64,000 nt of DNA from Octopus vulgaris (lineage: Eukaryota). Both the position numbers and the translations under genes were made by a program. Positions 38,510 to 53,134 of this stretch are shown piece by piece. The stretch is taken from the NCBI GenBank assembly GCA_951406725.2, contig OX597816.1, positions 29,760,001 through 29,824,000 of the forward strand, in the 5' to 3' direction. Numbering within the stretch: the stretch's first letter is position 1; each line of letters opens with the position of its first letter. Under the pieces are notes generated by a model. That model was not told where the DNA came from, did not search any database, and saw only the letters and a program-made list of their open reading frames with translations.

Positions 38510-38957
38510 GTCTGTAGAATGCTCAGAAGGGATACAATGTGAAAATGTTATACCTTTGAATTACAGTGACATTCCCTTCTTTGGAACTCGTCATATTTCT
38601 GTCTACTCGTTTCACTCATTAGCAAGATCGAGCTGAGGCCACAAAAACAACACCCAAGATGTGACTGGGATCCAAACCATGTCCCCGAGATTGCGAAACA
38701 AAATAACTAACAAATTCTACCATACAGCATCATATATATGTATGCAAGAATAAAAGTTCTTGGTCGTGTTGTGAGTAGTATGTTTATTAATGAGAAAAGT
38801 CAAGTTTAATGGAAATATGGTTCGTTTATATGCAGATATATATATAAAACAAAAAATCGTAGTATTTTCGGGAGGAAGTACAATGAAAGGTTCAACATAT
38901 CGTTTAGAAGTAGGGAGACATTTCACAAAACTTTTTCTACAAAACTAAATAATTCTG

Positions 38958-39422
38958 GGATTTTTTTCGGTTTGAACGGCAGTTTTTTCTAGCGGTGTCA
39001 TATGAAATTGTCATCCATAATTATGACCCTTGTATCGATCTATTTTATTTCAATCTGTTTTAGGTTTAGTGTTAGTTAGGGTTAGTTAGGGTTACTTAGG
39101 GCTAGTTAGGGTTAGGGTTAGGGGTGGGGGAAGAATATCTTTTTTTCTTCACAAATGTAAATAAACCCAATCTGTTTCTTAAACGAGGTACATATTCATA
39201 CGGCACAGAATGTTTTTTTTACCTCAATGGACGTCTGTGATTGGTTGAAATTACTGAAGTTGAAGAATAAAAACAACAAATATATTACAAACTATAGAAA
39301 TTTCTCAATAAAGCCAAGAGAAAAAGATATTTTATAAACACATTCTACCAGTATACGAAGCTTAAAATTTTTTAGTTACCTAGAAATTATGTTAAAAACT
39401 GCCGTTCAAACCGAAAAGATCC
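38958..39422. mobile_element. MITE with ~30-bp TIRs, 8-bp TSD and internal TTAGGG-like repeats (Merlin- or MULE-like)
   Basis: GGATTTTTTTCGGTTTGAACGGCAGTTTTT / AAAAACTGCCGTTCAAACCGAAAAGATCC; TSD TAATTCTG / TAATTCTA. Confidence 0.85.
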
Positions 39423-40199
39423 TAATTCTACTCAAAATTTTAAAAAATATGACCAAAATTTTAAAAAAATTACTTCTTGGTAAGTCCCCGTGGCGTAGGA
39501 TGAAAGCGTTAGTCTCAAGTATTTCCCTAGTATTTTCTATATGTTTATTCTTTTAATCCTTGATTTATTTCAGTCATTCTGATTGTGGCCATGATGTTTT
39601 TTTTTTTTTTCTCTATTTATTTTTCTCCTTCACAAAGGTTCCGTAAAAAAGAGGTTTGTTTACGATTGTTCTTCTTTGACCTATTTCCTTTTTCTTTCTC
39701 TTCTACTACTCTTTCATAACTGTAAGTGTATTTTCTAAGTGCTCGAACATGTGCGTGTGTTTGTGTGTATGTGTGAGTGTGTGTTTGCGTGCATGCGCGC
39801 GTACGTATTTGCGTGTGTGTCTTATGGGTGTGCATGTGTGCATGCGAGTGTATGGTGTGTATTGATGCATATATTAACTTATATATCCCTACGTGTATAT
39901 ATGTTATATGTCCCTGGTCGATATTTACACGCGTTCAGATGCACTCAAAACCGGGTCCGTAAACCCACAGGTTTAATAATAAAGACGCAAACTTGCTCTA
40001 TGATGTTGATGACTTTCAACTGACAAGCGTTTATGACAAAACTTTCTTGAAATACAAGGAATTCGACGTGAAACAATTAGATAAAATTTTAAGCTCAGAT
40101 TTGCATAAAGAGTTCACTTGAGCCGAAAATTTGAAGACATTTTATATCTGTTTATACATTAGGGAAGAAACGATACCACAATTACTTCTAATTAATTTC

Positions 40200-40551
<352 letters not shown>

Positions 40552-40577
40552 TACCACAATTACTTCTAATTAATTTC

Positions 40578-40640
<63 letters not shown>

Positions 40641-41055
40641 CGTTGCGTGTGTTTGCGTGTGTATGCATATGTTTGCATGTATTTCTTCGTTGCACCAATA
40701 TTTTATTCCTTACTTCAAATTTCTTTCGTCTGCCTACTTAACATTCAGATGAAAATCATGCCTGAAACGTCAAAGGCACTTCCATTTTCTTCATTCTTGA
40801 ATGAACTTTAATCTAAGAATTACGCTTCATTTCATCTTTCCCTTTTATATTATGTCGGTGGTAAATTTAGAATCCATACACACACCTACGTACGATCACA
40901 CACGCAAATGTAGCGAGTCACATATATAAATATATGCCTACATGCATCCTTGCATGCATAAATACATTATACTTATATACATTCATACCTAAATATAAAA
41001 TGCAATCAATTTTGTATACATATATATATATATATATATAATGCAATCAAGTTTA

Positions 41056-41126
<71 letters not shown>

Positions 41127-41469
41127 TACACATACACACACACAAACACACAAATGCATATACAGATGCACGCATATTTGCATTCATATGTACATAATAC
41201 ATTTATACATACGTACCTAAATATAAATTGCAATCAAGTTTATTTAACACACCTTAACCACTATTATTTATGATTACTAAATAAATTAATATTGATAGAT
41301 TTGCAGCATCGGTTGAGATGATAACAAAATCCAAGTCTGAGTTCAAATTCGTGATATTTTCATTGAGGTAAATCAGGTTTGGTTTTAAAATAAAACTTAT
41401 GATCAAAGTATTCCATTTATGGTCATCCTGTTCCTATTATTTATTTAATTGTTTATTTTTAAGGTGATA

Positions 41470-42330
41470 GATGTTCTGGGAACATTAAATGATAGTATTT
41501 AATTCGAGATAGATTTCGCTGATAATTCTTGCAAGTTGGGTGACCCTGCAGAAAATACGTCTTATATTACTGATCTCCGTCTGCCTGTCCGTAACAATAT
41601 CTTTGTAAAGGGCGGGAAGAAAGAGAAGAATCAAAAGGTGAGATAACCCCTGCCACAACGTATATTTAAGAGGGAATAAGTGGCGAGGAAAAGTTGTTGT
41701 CGTTGAGAGAGAGAATACCACGTGCCTACAAGTCATTAATATTTACATACCAGCCCCAGGTATGTAAATTGATATAGCCAATAACTTAACACTGTCGTAT
41801 GCGGTGGCTATATAAGCAATATGTTCGGAGGCAAGAGTGGGTTAAATTGGTTCTGATGTAGGGGCAAAACCCTCTGAAATATGACATATATGCTCATTAC
41901 CCATTTTTGTTTGTTTTCATCTGATGTCTCAATACCAAACGTTGTAGCAAAAATTATCAGCGCTGGCTAAAATTTTAATAGAAATAACGTTAACAAAGTA
42001 TGTATTTACGTATGTGTGTGTAATAAAGTAAAAACCAGAATTCTTGTGAAATACAGGTAGGCAGTGTTTCCTGGCCGAAACATTTATTTATATAACCATT
42101 TTTCAAGCTGGTAACAAGACCGTAAACTGTGTCTTTTGCTTTGAAGCTGTAGCTCGGGCCGGCGTGGTGGTCGTATGAACTCATGGAATTTTCCGCTTGA
42201 TTCTTGACAGAGGTTAAGACAAGTTGGATACTTATGGATATATCCCTTCTTGAATGGATCGCCGTTAAGACAGAACTCACGAAGTAGGTGAGCTACGTTT
42301 TTTCCCCATACCACAAGCTATTTCGGTCTT
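41470..42330. mobile_element. Possible very old Penelope-like GIY-YIG remnants in opposite orientations
   Basis: Weak motifs only: minus KAKDTVYGLV..KCFGQET; plus DNSCKLGDPAEN..RNNIFVK. Confidence 0.35.
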
Positions 42331-42339
42331 TGAGTATTT

Positions 42340-43484
42340 TTTAACCCTTTTCCGAAATTGGAAGGTGAAAGTGATAGCCAGGCTTCAAGACATTGAAGAT
42401 GTGGCAGGTCTCATGTCAATGCATTGGCAGGAAAACGCATTGGCGTTGTACCTCGAAATGGACGTTTAAATTTCAGTTTAAATCTCAGTTTAAACTGAGA
42501 GAGAAGAAAAAGGACTGAGAGATGTTTGTTGCTTTTCAGCTGCGATATACATCAGATCGAGGTACCTGGCACCCATACCCTCGTGCACTCCACAGTTCAG
42601 ATTTGCATTTCGTGCAAAGTCTGCAGCTCTAGAAGCAAAAGGATGACAAAATTGCAAATGCTGCACTCAAAAGTCTTTGAAATATTTGTGGTACCTCTCT
42701 GAGAAACTTGTGACGCTTGCATTTTCTGACTCAGCTGTTTCACATGGGACAAAACAACTAAATGACGCATGTTTTGCAGAAACCAGTTGACTCAAAACCG
42801 AGCAAACGAGCATCAATAAATCCTGAATCAGCTGGGCAGAAACAACTTTAGGATTTCGTTACTGCCAACACAAAAAGATTCTTTGAAATCCTAGAGGTGT
42901 CTTGCACTTTTCTTGAAAAAGACGCTGAAGAATGGAATGATGGTGAAAGTTATGCGAATGCAAGAGATATCGCATATAGACTCAAAGTGGTAACCGACAT
43001 TGCGGAAAGAGGTGTACGACTGATGGAGGAATACACAAACTGATAACGAATGATGAAGAGCAGAAACAATAGCTTCTTCAAATTGTTAAAAGTTACATGT
43101 CGTTACTCACTAACAAAAACAAGAAAACATTACTCTTGCTTCACAAAAAAAATTATAAATTATAAAGTGGTTATGATATGCCTACTGAGGAAACCTCCGC
43201 ATAAAAAAAGTTAACTCACTATACCCTGTAACTCACTACGTATTATAGCCTAGAATGTCATCGTTTTTTTTATCAAACGGTTCCGGCGAAAATATCAACA
43301 AAATAATATTTTTGAGCACAAACTGATATACATCTATTTTTAAAGCTTGGTAGTAACCTCTGATTTTCTCTTTTTCAATCCCAAATTTCACATATAATGC
43401 TTTCTTAGAAATATGAATAAAATGGGAGGGTGTCTCTCTGAAAATTGAAAAAAAAATTTTTTTATCCCTTTTTGCATCACCCTA
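42340..43484 (+). mobile_element. hAT-superfamily (hATm-like) transposase 3' pseudogene with right terminus
   Basis: YLWYLSEKLVTLAFSD, DFVTANTKRFFEIL, LKVVTDIAERGVRLMEEY, NDEEQKQ*LLQIV; ends CACCCTA (TAGGGTG terminus). Subgroup assignment is from memory. Confidence 0.75.
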
Positions 43485-43499
43485 ATACATATATACACA

Positions 43500-44700
43500 T
43501 ATCAAAGCAATAAAGTTAATGTCTGATCATAAGAGTGACCAATAGTTTCGCATCCACGAAAGCTGCAACTTCGTAGACAACTCATCAGACACTAGTCCGG
43601 AGACAAAATTAACTCTTCACCTCACAGCGGTCGAAATGATCATCAGAGAATAAAATATCCGGCTATAGTGAAGATGGATTATCTCCCCTAGACCAGTTAT
43701 TTGGAGAGAGAAATAAGAGATTTATCTTTTGGCCTGCTCATGGATCGCAAAGACTCTTCCGGGCTTAGTCAGCGAACGGGGAATCCCGTGTTTGCGTCAT
43801 GTAGCGCTTGAAATTGTTGCATGGAGTAAATATTTCTTGGCGTGTATTCAACGATCCAGGTCTCAGGCTATCTTTAAGCATCCTTCCTCGCTCAGCTATG
43901 CAATGCAGAGCTTGTAGCGTCCGCTCCCGTTGTTTTATGTGCCCGGCCTTTCTAAAATCTTCCACTTGATATCGTATGGGGTCCCTTGATCTTTGAGGCA
44001 CACGCACTGCTGGCCAGGGATGTGACGAATTGTCTTTGTGGGACTCTGAATGAGAACCTGTGGTTGTACAAGCATCGTTTGAATGCCGTACCGGCTGATC
44101 CGAGGAATTTCCAGTCTCGGATGTAGGCTATGTTCACATCACTCGTACATCTCCGGGCCTGGGGATGTTGTTTCCACCGGTGTTGTTGAGGCTGTTATTC
44201 TTATGACGCACGGGCCCGGCGATGCGACTGTTGGTGCTGTCGCTGTGGCTGTTAACGTTGTGGTGGTCGTCCTCGGCCGTAGAGTTGGCGCCATTGCCGC
44301 CGGTGGTGATGTGCGTGCCATTGGTGATGTGGGTTTCGTCGATGGTAATGTGGGTGTGGGGTCGGTAACTTCATCTTCTTCGGCTGTTACGCTGGTATTG
44401 GTGCCGTTGGTGTCAGCGCTGCTGTTTGTGCCGCTGTCGCCGTCTCTGATGCCAACGATGATGTTGGATTATCCGTTACTGCTATTACTATGACCGCTAT
44501 TATATTTCATCTATGATATATTATGTGCACCGGCATATGACTCGATACTAATGCATTTAGATGAGTGGTGTTCATTTCGACTGTTCGAAAATAACAACTT
44601 AAAATGCATGTTCTCTTTTCGTGGCGTAGATACTGTCTCTAGGCCATCGTGCATGAGCTTTTTGCAAATAGTTTCAGTGAGCTGGGGTTATATAAAGTGA
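43500..44700 (-). mobile_element. Penelope-like element 3' part (linker, GIY-YIG endonuclease remnant, pLTR)
   Basis: KFLGSAGTAFKRCLYNHRFSF...TSLA, KLCIAE, SLNTRQEIFTPC, followed by a hammerhead motif. Confidence 0.8.
43532..43593 (-). ncRNA. Type I hammerhead ribozyme (Penelope-associated)
   Basis: AGTGT CTGATGA [stem II G..TCTACGAAG / TTTCGTGGA..C] GAAA C TATTG GTC ACTCT; core intact, stem I 4 of 5 paired. Confidence 0.75.
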
Positions 44701-44870
44701 CCTAGTTCGAATACTCAGAAACGTTCTGAGTATCAATGCCGCCAAGGTCGACTTTTCCTTTCATATTTTGGGATCGGTAAAATAACTATCAGCTGGCTAC
44801 TGAGTCGATGTATTCGACTTTCCCCACCCTAGAAATTACTGGCCTTCAGTCAACATTTGAAAGCAATAAT
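44700..44870 (+). mobile_element. Diverged Meta-like SINE
   Basis: GTTCTGAGTATCAATGCCGCCAAGGTCGACTTTTCCTTTCAT. Confidence 0.7.
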
Positions 44871-45194
44871 GGGAGCAGTTTATTCGACAGGTTTCCTCAT
44901 AGATTTTATCTACAAAATTTACTGTACAAGCTTTAGAAAAATACAAAACAAAAAATTGATGATTTGTGGTGCCAATTAGTAAACAGGATACGGTTAGAAA
45001 ATATTTTGTTTCCCAGTGAAGGAGTTGATAAAGGTTTACGTTGCTGGAGGAAACTCAAAACTATAAGGTTCTGAAATATACTACTTAGACTCACGGGCAG
45101 CAATAAAATTCGACAGAAAGTAATACAAAATCAATTGCCGAAAATAAATGAATAAATAAAGAGTAAATTCAAATTTCGATTTTTTTTGTTATTT

Positions 45195-45413
45195 TTTTCT
45201 TTTACTTGTTTCACTCTTTTAACTGCGGTCAAGCGGGAGTATTACCTTAAAGAGTTATTGGTCGAAGAAATATTTCCAAGCGCCGTACTTCTATCAGTTT
45301 CTTTTGCCGAGCTGATAAGTTACAAAGACGTAAGCACATCAACATCGGTTGTCAAGCGATGGTGGTGGGGAGCAAACACACACGCGCGCGCACGCACAAA
45401 CAAACAAACAAAC

Positions 45414-45478
<65 letters not shown>

Positions 45479-45640
45479 CAGGCTTCTTTCTTACAGTTTC
45501 CGTCTACCAAATCCACGCACAAGGATTTGGTCGGCCCGAGACTATAGTAAAAGGCGCTTGCCTAAGGTGCCACACAGTGGGACTGAACCCGGAACCATGT
45601 GGTTGAGAAGCAAGTTTCTTACCACTCAGGCATGCCTGCG
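45195..45640 (-). mobile_element. CORE-like SINE
   Basis: Family match. Confidence 0.85.
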
Positions 45641-48600
45641 TGTAATTGAAATCATGATTTATTTTCGTATGTTATCGAAATAATTCGAGAAGATCTAGGG
45701 GCTGAATCACTGTACTCTCTGGTTATAAACCGAGTTAATGAGTTAGCGGGATTGTGTGTGAGTAGTTCGGTAAATATAGGAGTATAGTCAGCAAGTATCT
45801 TTTTGTATATGAATCGCTGATACTGAAGCGTGTTGAATATCATGCGATTCAGTGAAGAAGTTAAGGTGAAATGACTGAGAAAGCATTCTTTAGTTGAGTG
45901 AGAGTATGTGAGAGTGTGTCTATGTGAGAGTAGGTACATGTGAATGTTTGTATACTTGAGTGTACTTGTATGAGTGTGTCGGTATGAGTGTTTATGTGAG
46001 TGTAGGTGTATGTGCGTCTAATATCTCTTTATATGCGTCTCCATGTGACTGTTGGAATGGTTTCACTTTTATTTTCAGTCTACGTTTTATCAGTAAGAAT
46101 AAAGTGGAAAACTAATTTATATTTGAATTAATTAACAAAATAATGAATAAATGACGTATATTTATAGAACGCGAAAAAGTTTAAATGTCAGAGTCAGAAA
46201 GACTGCAGATTAGGGCGATGGAAATTGTAAGAAATTACTGTATCCCATGCATAACAGGAGCCACCGTAATTTAATTGACAGAAACACAGAAGAATAATGA
46301 GTTCCAGGTCAGCTCTTTCGTAAACTATGAGAAACAAACCAAAAAGATTCATGTAATGTCTTTGAGTGCTGACGTTGTATTAACAAAATGTAGAACAATC
46401 TATAACTTATGGGGAAATGATTGTTAGCTGAACAGGAAACTTGCGATAAGTTTGGAAACAGCAGGAGAACAATGCCAAGAAATTTGAGGGAATAGGAAAA
46501 ATGGTAATTATCCCTTTCTGACCAATACTAACCTCTTTATACAATTTCATATAAAATTATTGTTGCCGTTGTCATGACTCTTGCTGTTGTTTTTACTACT
46601 GTTTTTTTCCGAGTTTTCTGTTATTGTCATTGTTGTTCTTTTATGTTGTTGCTGTTGTTTTTGTAACTTGTTGTTATTATTTATTAGTTTCCAGTTGTCC
46701 GTGGTAGAGAAGACCTATAATCAAGGCCAGCAGAGGTATGAGCAAAACAAAATACATTACAGGCTGTATTTTTTGTAATTATATATCTAAAAGTACACTA
46801 TTAAAACTGCTCGTTTTTTAAAGACAATAAAACGTCGTTTCAAGAACATTTATCTGCTTTTTCGCACAAGTCGAGTAATTAGATAGAGTCTAACTGACTG
46901 ATTCCTGTATTCAGGTATATACATGGGAAGTGTTCTGTCAAATAGACAGCACACTTCCCACGTATATTTCTATTATTTCAACGAGCACAGAAAGATAATA
47001 AGCGAAGGTCCACCATTCTACAGAAATGTTGGTGAATAACAAGCCAATAAATTAGACATACATACATATATATATATATTATTTATATTTATATTTATAT
47101 ATATGCATATGAATATATATGTATGTATATATATTATTTATATTTTTGCATATGAATATATATGTGTGTATATAAATATATATATATTCTACTTTCTAAA
47201 AATAAGGTCTCATTTTCCTCATATGACCGATCTTCTTACGAAAAGACAAGAAACGTTAAGTAATGTATTTGTACATCCTAGATCCATACTGCTTGAGTTT
47301 ATTTTTTCTCGTACTACCCCGTTTACCAGTTCACCTTTCTGAATTGCCTCCACCCAAAGTATTTTTGCGTACAGCACAATGTATTACGTGTCATCTGCAG
47401 CCTTATATTTCTTATTAGCCACCTTAAAATCAATATTAAAGAAAATCTAGTAAAAGCAGCATGATTAATGATAATAAATTTTAGATTTAAAGGTAATTAT
47501 TTTTTCATTAATGTCTCGAATTTCTCTCCATTTAAACATTTGTGCCTAGAAAAACGATATGGTCACAGCTGGAATGTCTTCCATCATAGATATATTTTAT
47601 TAATGCTAATGAGCAAAAACTACTGAAAATTATTATTTGTAATTGTGACCCAACACAAGTTCTTTGGGAAGATCGAAGATGACTTAATTAATTGTATGTA
47701 AAGTAATTAATCGTAATCAACTGATGCTATTTTATTAATCCTATGAACAACAAAATCAATTTGGGTGCTGGGATTTAATTTCAGTAAACAAAAGGTTATA
47801 ACTTAGTATCTGCCACTTCAACAACTTAACTTCGTTTTCTCTTGGTAGATGAATATCTTGAACAAAGCATATTCAATAGCATTCTTTGAACTTCTCAACA
47901 ATACTGTATTAGGACGAGTGTCAGTATTCGGAATACGGTGAAAGCCATCACAATCCCATTTATTTCTATCAATGATATTGAGTTACAAGCATTAGAACTA
48001 ATTAAAACACGCACAAGGAATTCGTTGTGTGATTGGGATATAAATCTACGTTGTAGAATTTCTAAGGAAAAATGGCAAATGCCGTATATCTTAATGCGTT
48101 CATTGAAGATAAATGTACATTATAACCCAGTAAGGTAGTGAACGAAAGAGAACAATATATTATATGTTCCCAAGAACCTAACGATAATAGCTTTATTTTC
48201 CTTTCTGCAAAATGAAGGTTAAGACCCAAAATGGTAGATTCCTCATTCCTGACAACAACTTGCTGTGTCAAACTATTCTATAACCTATCCTAAGAGTGAC
48301 ACTCCCGACGTGTAGAGATTGCTAAATGGTTTCCAATCCCATTTGATTTTCACGCAGTTAATACTCTTTGACAAAGTAATAAATTCACACAACCCCACCA
48401 TGCAATTCATAAAATAATCCTAAACCTTCTTATTGCATGCAGCATGTTTTGGCAAGTTTATTAATATTTCCACACTTCACTATATAGAGATTTTGAAATT
48501 TGAGTTTACAATTCTTTTATATGTGAAATTAGAATGGTGCCTGACTTTATATCCTACAGTATTCCAACCGCAGAAGCATTTAAAAAGAAGAAAAAAGAAG

Positions 48601-48889
48601 AAAAAAAAAACACGATGATTTTGCACAATTTTATTTCACTTAAAAATTTTACTTTAATCGTTAACTGAAACAAACGTGTGTAAAATCATGCGAGTCATTG
48701 GTGATGACAATATTTTAACCAGTGAAACTCTTACTTTTGAAAGTGCCTAATTCATATGGATGTACGTGTGACTAAGTCACATTAAGAATATCATTTTCTA
48801 GTCAAAAATTATCACAATAGGAAATGTGAATAAGCGTTTGCATATACTCACACAAAACAAATATAAATACAGATATTCACACACACTTA

Positions 48890-48923
48890 TACATACATAT
48901 GCATACATACTTATATGCATGCA

Positions 48924-48970
<47 letters not shown>

Positions 48971-49041
48971 TATATTTATATTTATATATATGCATATAAA
49001 TATATATGTGTGTATATATATATTATTTATATTTATGCATA

Positions 49042-49124
<83 letters not shown>

Positions 49125-49235
49125 TATATTTATGCATATGAATATATATATATATACACATATATATATATACATATGTATGTATACATACATACATATG
49201 TATGTATGTATATATATATATATATATGTATATAT
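48890..49235. repeat. AT-rich compound micro/minisatellite
   Basis: (TA)n with recurring TATTATTTATATTTATGCATATGAATAT units; the same units occur at 47075-47190. Confidence 0.9.
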
Positions 49236-49961
49236 GATTACTACATTGAGGAATATTCTGACAACATTTGTTACGATTTCTCCTGTCTCTATTGTACATT
49301 TTAATCTCTCCAACCATAATTATAATGTATTTGGAATTTTTGTATTATAATTGCATATTTCTGTTAAGTCTATGAACGCTTATCATACGTTCGACACCAA
49401 AGTAGGAATATATTTCATTTTCTAATGAACAATGAGAAATTTCGGCTCCATGCAAATATCTATTATCACAGTGCTTACAACATGTCATCAACTGGCTTAA
49501 CAAGGTAGCAACACATTTTACCATTGTTAGTACGTATTACGTCAGAATGAAAACGAAAATTCATAACAAAGAATAAATATTTGAAGAAAGAAAATTAGGG
49601 AATGATACGTTTATTGCTATTGTCCTCTTTGGTATTGTTGTGTAACTAACTTAACATGAAATAACATGAGTAAAATAGATCTTCGTAAACATTTATCTTC
49701 AGACACTCAGATACTATTTTTGGTGTTCTTAAATGTATGCATATATGTATGTTTGCATGTATGTGTATGTATATATATATATATTTATATAGACGGAAAA
49801 CGTATATGAGTCTCTTAGTGTCGTTTTGTCTTTTTGTTATGTGTGTATATGCATGCATGCACACATGTATGTTTGTGTGTGTTTGTATGTATGTGAGTAT
49901 GTATGTATGCATGTATGCATGTATGCATGTATGCATTATGTATGTATGCATGTATGCATTA

Positions 49962-50183
49962 CGAGGGTTCCTTAAACGTTCCTGGCTTTAATTGTGTCCC
50001 GAAAGGTCTGGTTGCAGGCCCAACCTTCCGAGTCTTTTTTTTTTTTTTGCAGGGCTTAGAAAAACCAAAGGAGTGCTGCAGTAGGTGTGTAAATCTGAGA
50101 GGGGAATATCTTTAAATAAAGTCATTAACTGATCCTCCAGTATACTCTTGTACTAAAGTAAGGATGTTTTCAGCAACCCATAG
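49962..50183 (+). mobile_element. Internally deleted mariner derivative
   Basis: TA|CGAGGG start, C-terminal GLEKPKECCSRCVNLRGEYL*, degenerate right TIR before TA. Confidence 0.65.
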
Positions 50184-50329
50184 TATATGTAAGTCGTGAT
50201 GCACACATGCGTCACAGACATACATCTTTAAATTAAAATATTAAGTTTCATTTATGATATTAAGGTTACCGAAAATAATTATTTTTTCAAGTAAATAGTC
50301 TGACATCATACCACAAGAGGATATGCGTC

Positions 50330-50752
50330 AAAATATCAAAGATTTTTCCCGGGCGATTAATTAACCTTGGTCTGGTGTGCACAATTATTTCAAGCAAACT
50401 TGGGAAAGTGTGTAGAGAAGCGAAGAGGGCACAACAGAAAGGATGTCATCTTGCAACATTATAATGCCAAGCCACATTCAATGAAGTTCACTCAAAAAAG
50501 ATGTATTTATTAAATTGGGAAGCTCTACCTACAACTCCCTACTTGCTAGACCTATCCCTATCAGAGTTTCACTCATTCAGTCTACTTGAACAATTTAGCA
50601 ATGCAAAGCATTCAGAAGTAGGGACAATATAAAAACGAGGCTCCTAACATATTTTCTCTTCTAAAGAATCTGATTTCATTTTTGTCCGAGGAATCAAACT
50701 CATTTCCAAGTACGAAAATATTGTTGCTAACGACGGCGATTTTCAATGAATA
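50330..50752 (+). mobile_element. mariner (DD34D) transposase C-terminal pseudogene
   Basis: KDVILQHYNAKPH (HDNARPH-like) and WEALPTTPYLLDLSLSEFHSF (YSPDLAPSD-like). Confidence 0.75.
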
Positions 50753-51084
50753 AATATATTTATGATAACATGTTATAACTGTACTAAATTTCATATATTC
50801 GTGAGATGCTTCTAGTTTGTTTGAAATTGTTAAATTCACCATCAAATTTCCCAGAACTTCACAACCTCATCAGCAGGATAAAGTGATGCTTGACTGTGTC
50901 ATGACCTCTTACTGAAGTCGATGCAATTAGTGTAAACATTACCACCAGAATTTAAATCTTGACAGTTACGTCATCACTACGAGGTTTATTCATGATTGCG
51001 TCCATATATATTTTGTCACAGCATTTATTTGCATATAGTGTTGCTCCTCCAGTTTTGCTTCCAAAAATAATCGTTTATATGTAA

Positions 51085-51479
51085 CTAGCAGTATCGCCCG
51101 GCGTTGCTCGGGTTTGTAAGGGAAATAACTATATAAGCATTTTTAGAGATGTAAACTATAATAGCCATCTCAATATGGCTAACCACAAAGGGGGGGGTGT
51201 TACTGTAGCTTTTTACGTTTTGAGATTTAATAATAAATTTTTAGAGAGTTACTTCCCTTATATAATAGCAAAAAAATGCATTAAAAATGGGAAAAAATTA
51301 TGGTAATTTTTTTTAAATCGTAGACTCATGGTAGACGTGCGCTAATACCCAGAAGGGCACGATATGAATCACGACTATAAGATACCCGCTTTTGGTTAAA
51401 CTGCACTGCAAAATGTGGGAGTAGTTAGGAATCTAAATCGTAGGAGACAGACACACAACTTCACTTTTATATATAAAGA
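51085..51479 (-). mobile_element. Non-autonomous Helitron
   Basis: A|TC...hairpin-CTAG|T; closely matches 24164-24559. Confidence 0.9.
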
Positions 51480-51989
51480 TGTGTAATTCTGCTGAGTATG
51501 GATACACTATTATTAATATTTTATGCTGTGGATGTGCTTTGTGTTGTGTACTGAAGCATTGTAATATCTCCTTTTTGTAAATGCATAGTGAGCCGCCGGG
51601 AGAGTGCCGTACTTGTATGACCAATATCACAGGTACAGTTAAGAATCTTATTACGTTTGCATTTAAAATCGTTCTTACACATTACCCAAAATTTTTTAAC
51701 CGATTGACATGTATGGTTCAGGAGAAAGTGTCTAATTTTAGTACTTTTGGACTATATCATTAGCTCCCATTTATCGTTCGATGACATGAATCTCGTGGTC
51801 CGTTTTAGAATGTTTTCGATATCCTCATCTAATCTTCAATTGGAATTTATTTGCAATATATTATAAATAACATGTTGGTTATGCAGTGTGTTCTTGTAAT
51901 GTTCGATTGCTTGGGCTATTAGTAATTTTCAGAATGACTACTGTTTAATTTATGCAGTCAGTCATATGTATATCTATCTATATATGTAG

Positions 51990-52032
<43 letters not shown>

Positions 52033-52053
52033 TACATATATATACATATATAC

Positions 52054-52117
<64 letters not shown>

Positions 52118-52118
<1 letters not shown>

Positions 52119-52280
52119 GTAACAGTGACTGTGTGGTAAGTAACTTGCGTGGCAATCACATGGTTTCGGGTTCAGTCCCACTGCGTGGCAACTTGGGCAA
52201 CGTCTTCTACTATAGCCTCGGCCCGACTAAAGCCTTGTAAGTGGATGTGATAGACGGAAACTGAAAGAATCCCGCCGTAT
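52118..52280 (+). mobile_element. CORE-like SINE 5' half within (TA)n
   Basis: Family match. Confidence 0.82.
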
Positions 52281-52388
52281 ATGTGTGTGTGTATGTGCGT
52301 ATGTGTGTGTATAAATATATATATAAATATACATATTTATTTTTATATATATATATAAAGATATATATTTATATAAATATGTGTGTGA

Positions 52389-52430
<42 letters not shown>

Positions 52431-53134
52431 TCATACATACACAATATACTGCATATACTTATGTATATAATATAATATATCATTCAACTACGGTAGTAGT
52501 TGAATAATATTCTTAAGGACGCAATTTACTCACACGCAGAACCTTTCAGACCCTCTAACTAATTCAGTTCATAACCAAATTGAGAACTGTTAACATTTTT
52601 GAAAAGGACTTGTACCTAGCTACATTTTGGCATAAACAATTGAGATTTGATCCAGTAGAAAAAAAGTTTACATCGAAATTTGTAGCAACAATAGAGGAGA
52701 GTAAGTAATGACACCAAACATGTTTAGATCTAAATAACTTTTTTTTTTTAATTTTAAAAGCAAAATATATTTATCTTAGCTTCAATGATAGCAGAAAGCA
52801 TGAAGAATTTCATAGTTTTATTCCCATGCAACAAAAATGTGTATGAAAAATTTGTGAGGTAAAATATCATGAAAAAATAAAATAAGGCAAAAGATTGGCT
52901 TTAAGTATAATTAATTTTTAGAGTTCAATTCCTGGAATTTCTTGGTATCAATCTCTTGCAATGAAGTTTTAAAAATAAAGCGTTATGAGTATTAGTTTGT
53001 CAAATTTGAAGGTGATACTATAGTTCAATACATTTGACACATCATTAATTAACATGATAGCATAGCCTGGAAAAAACATGGATTACATAGAAAAATGCGA
53101 GCAAGAGAAATAATATTCTTAACATTGTAAACCT

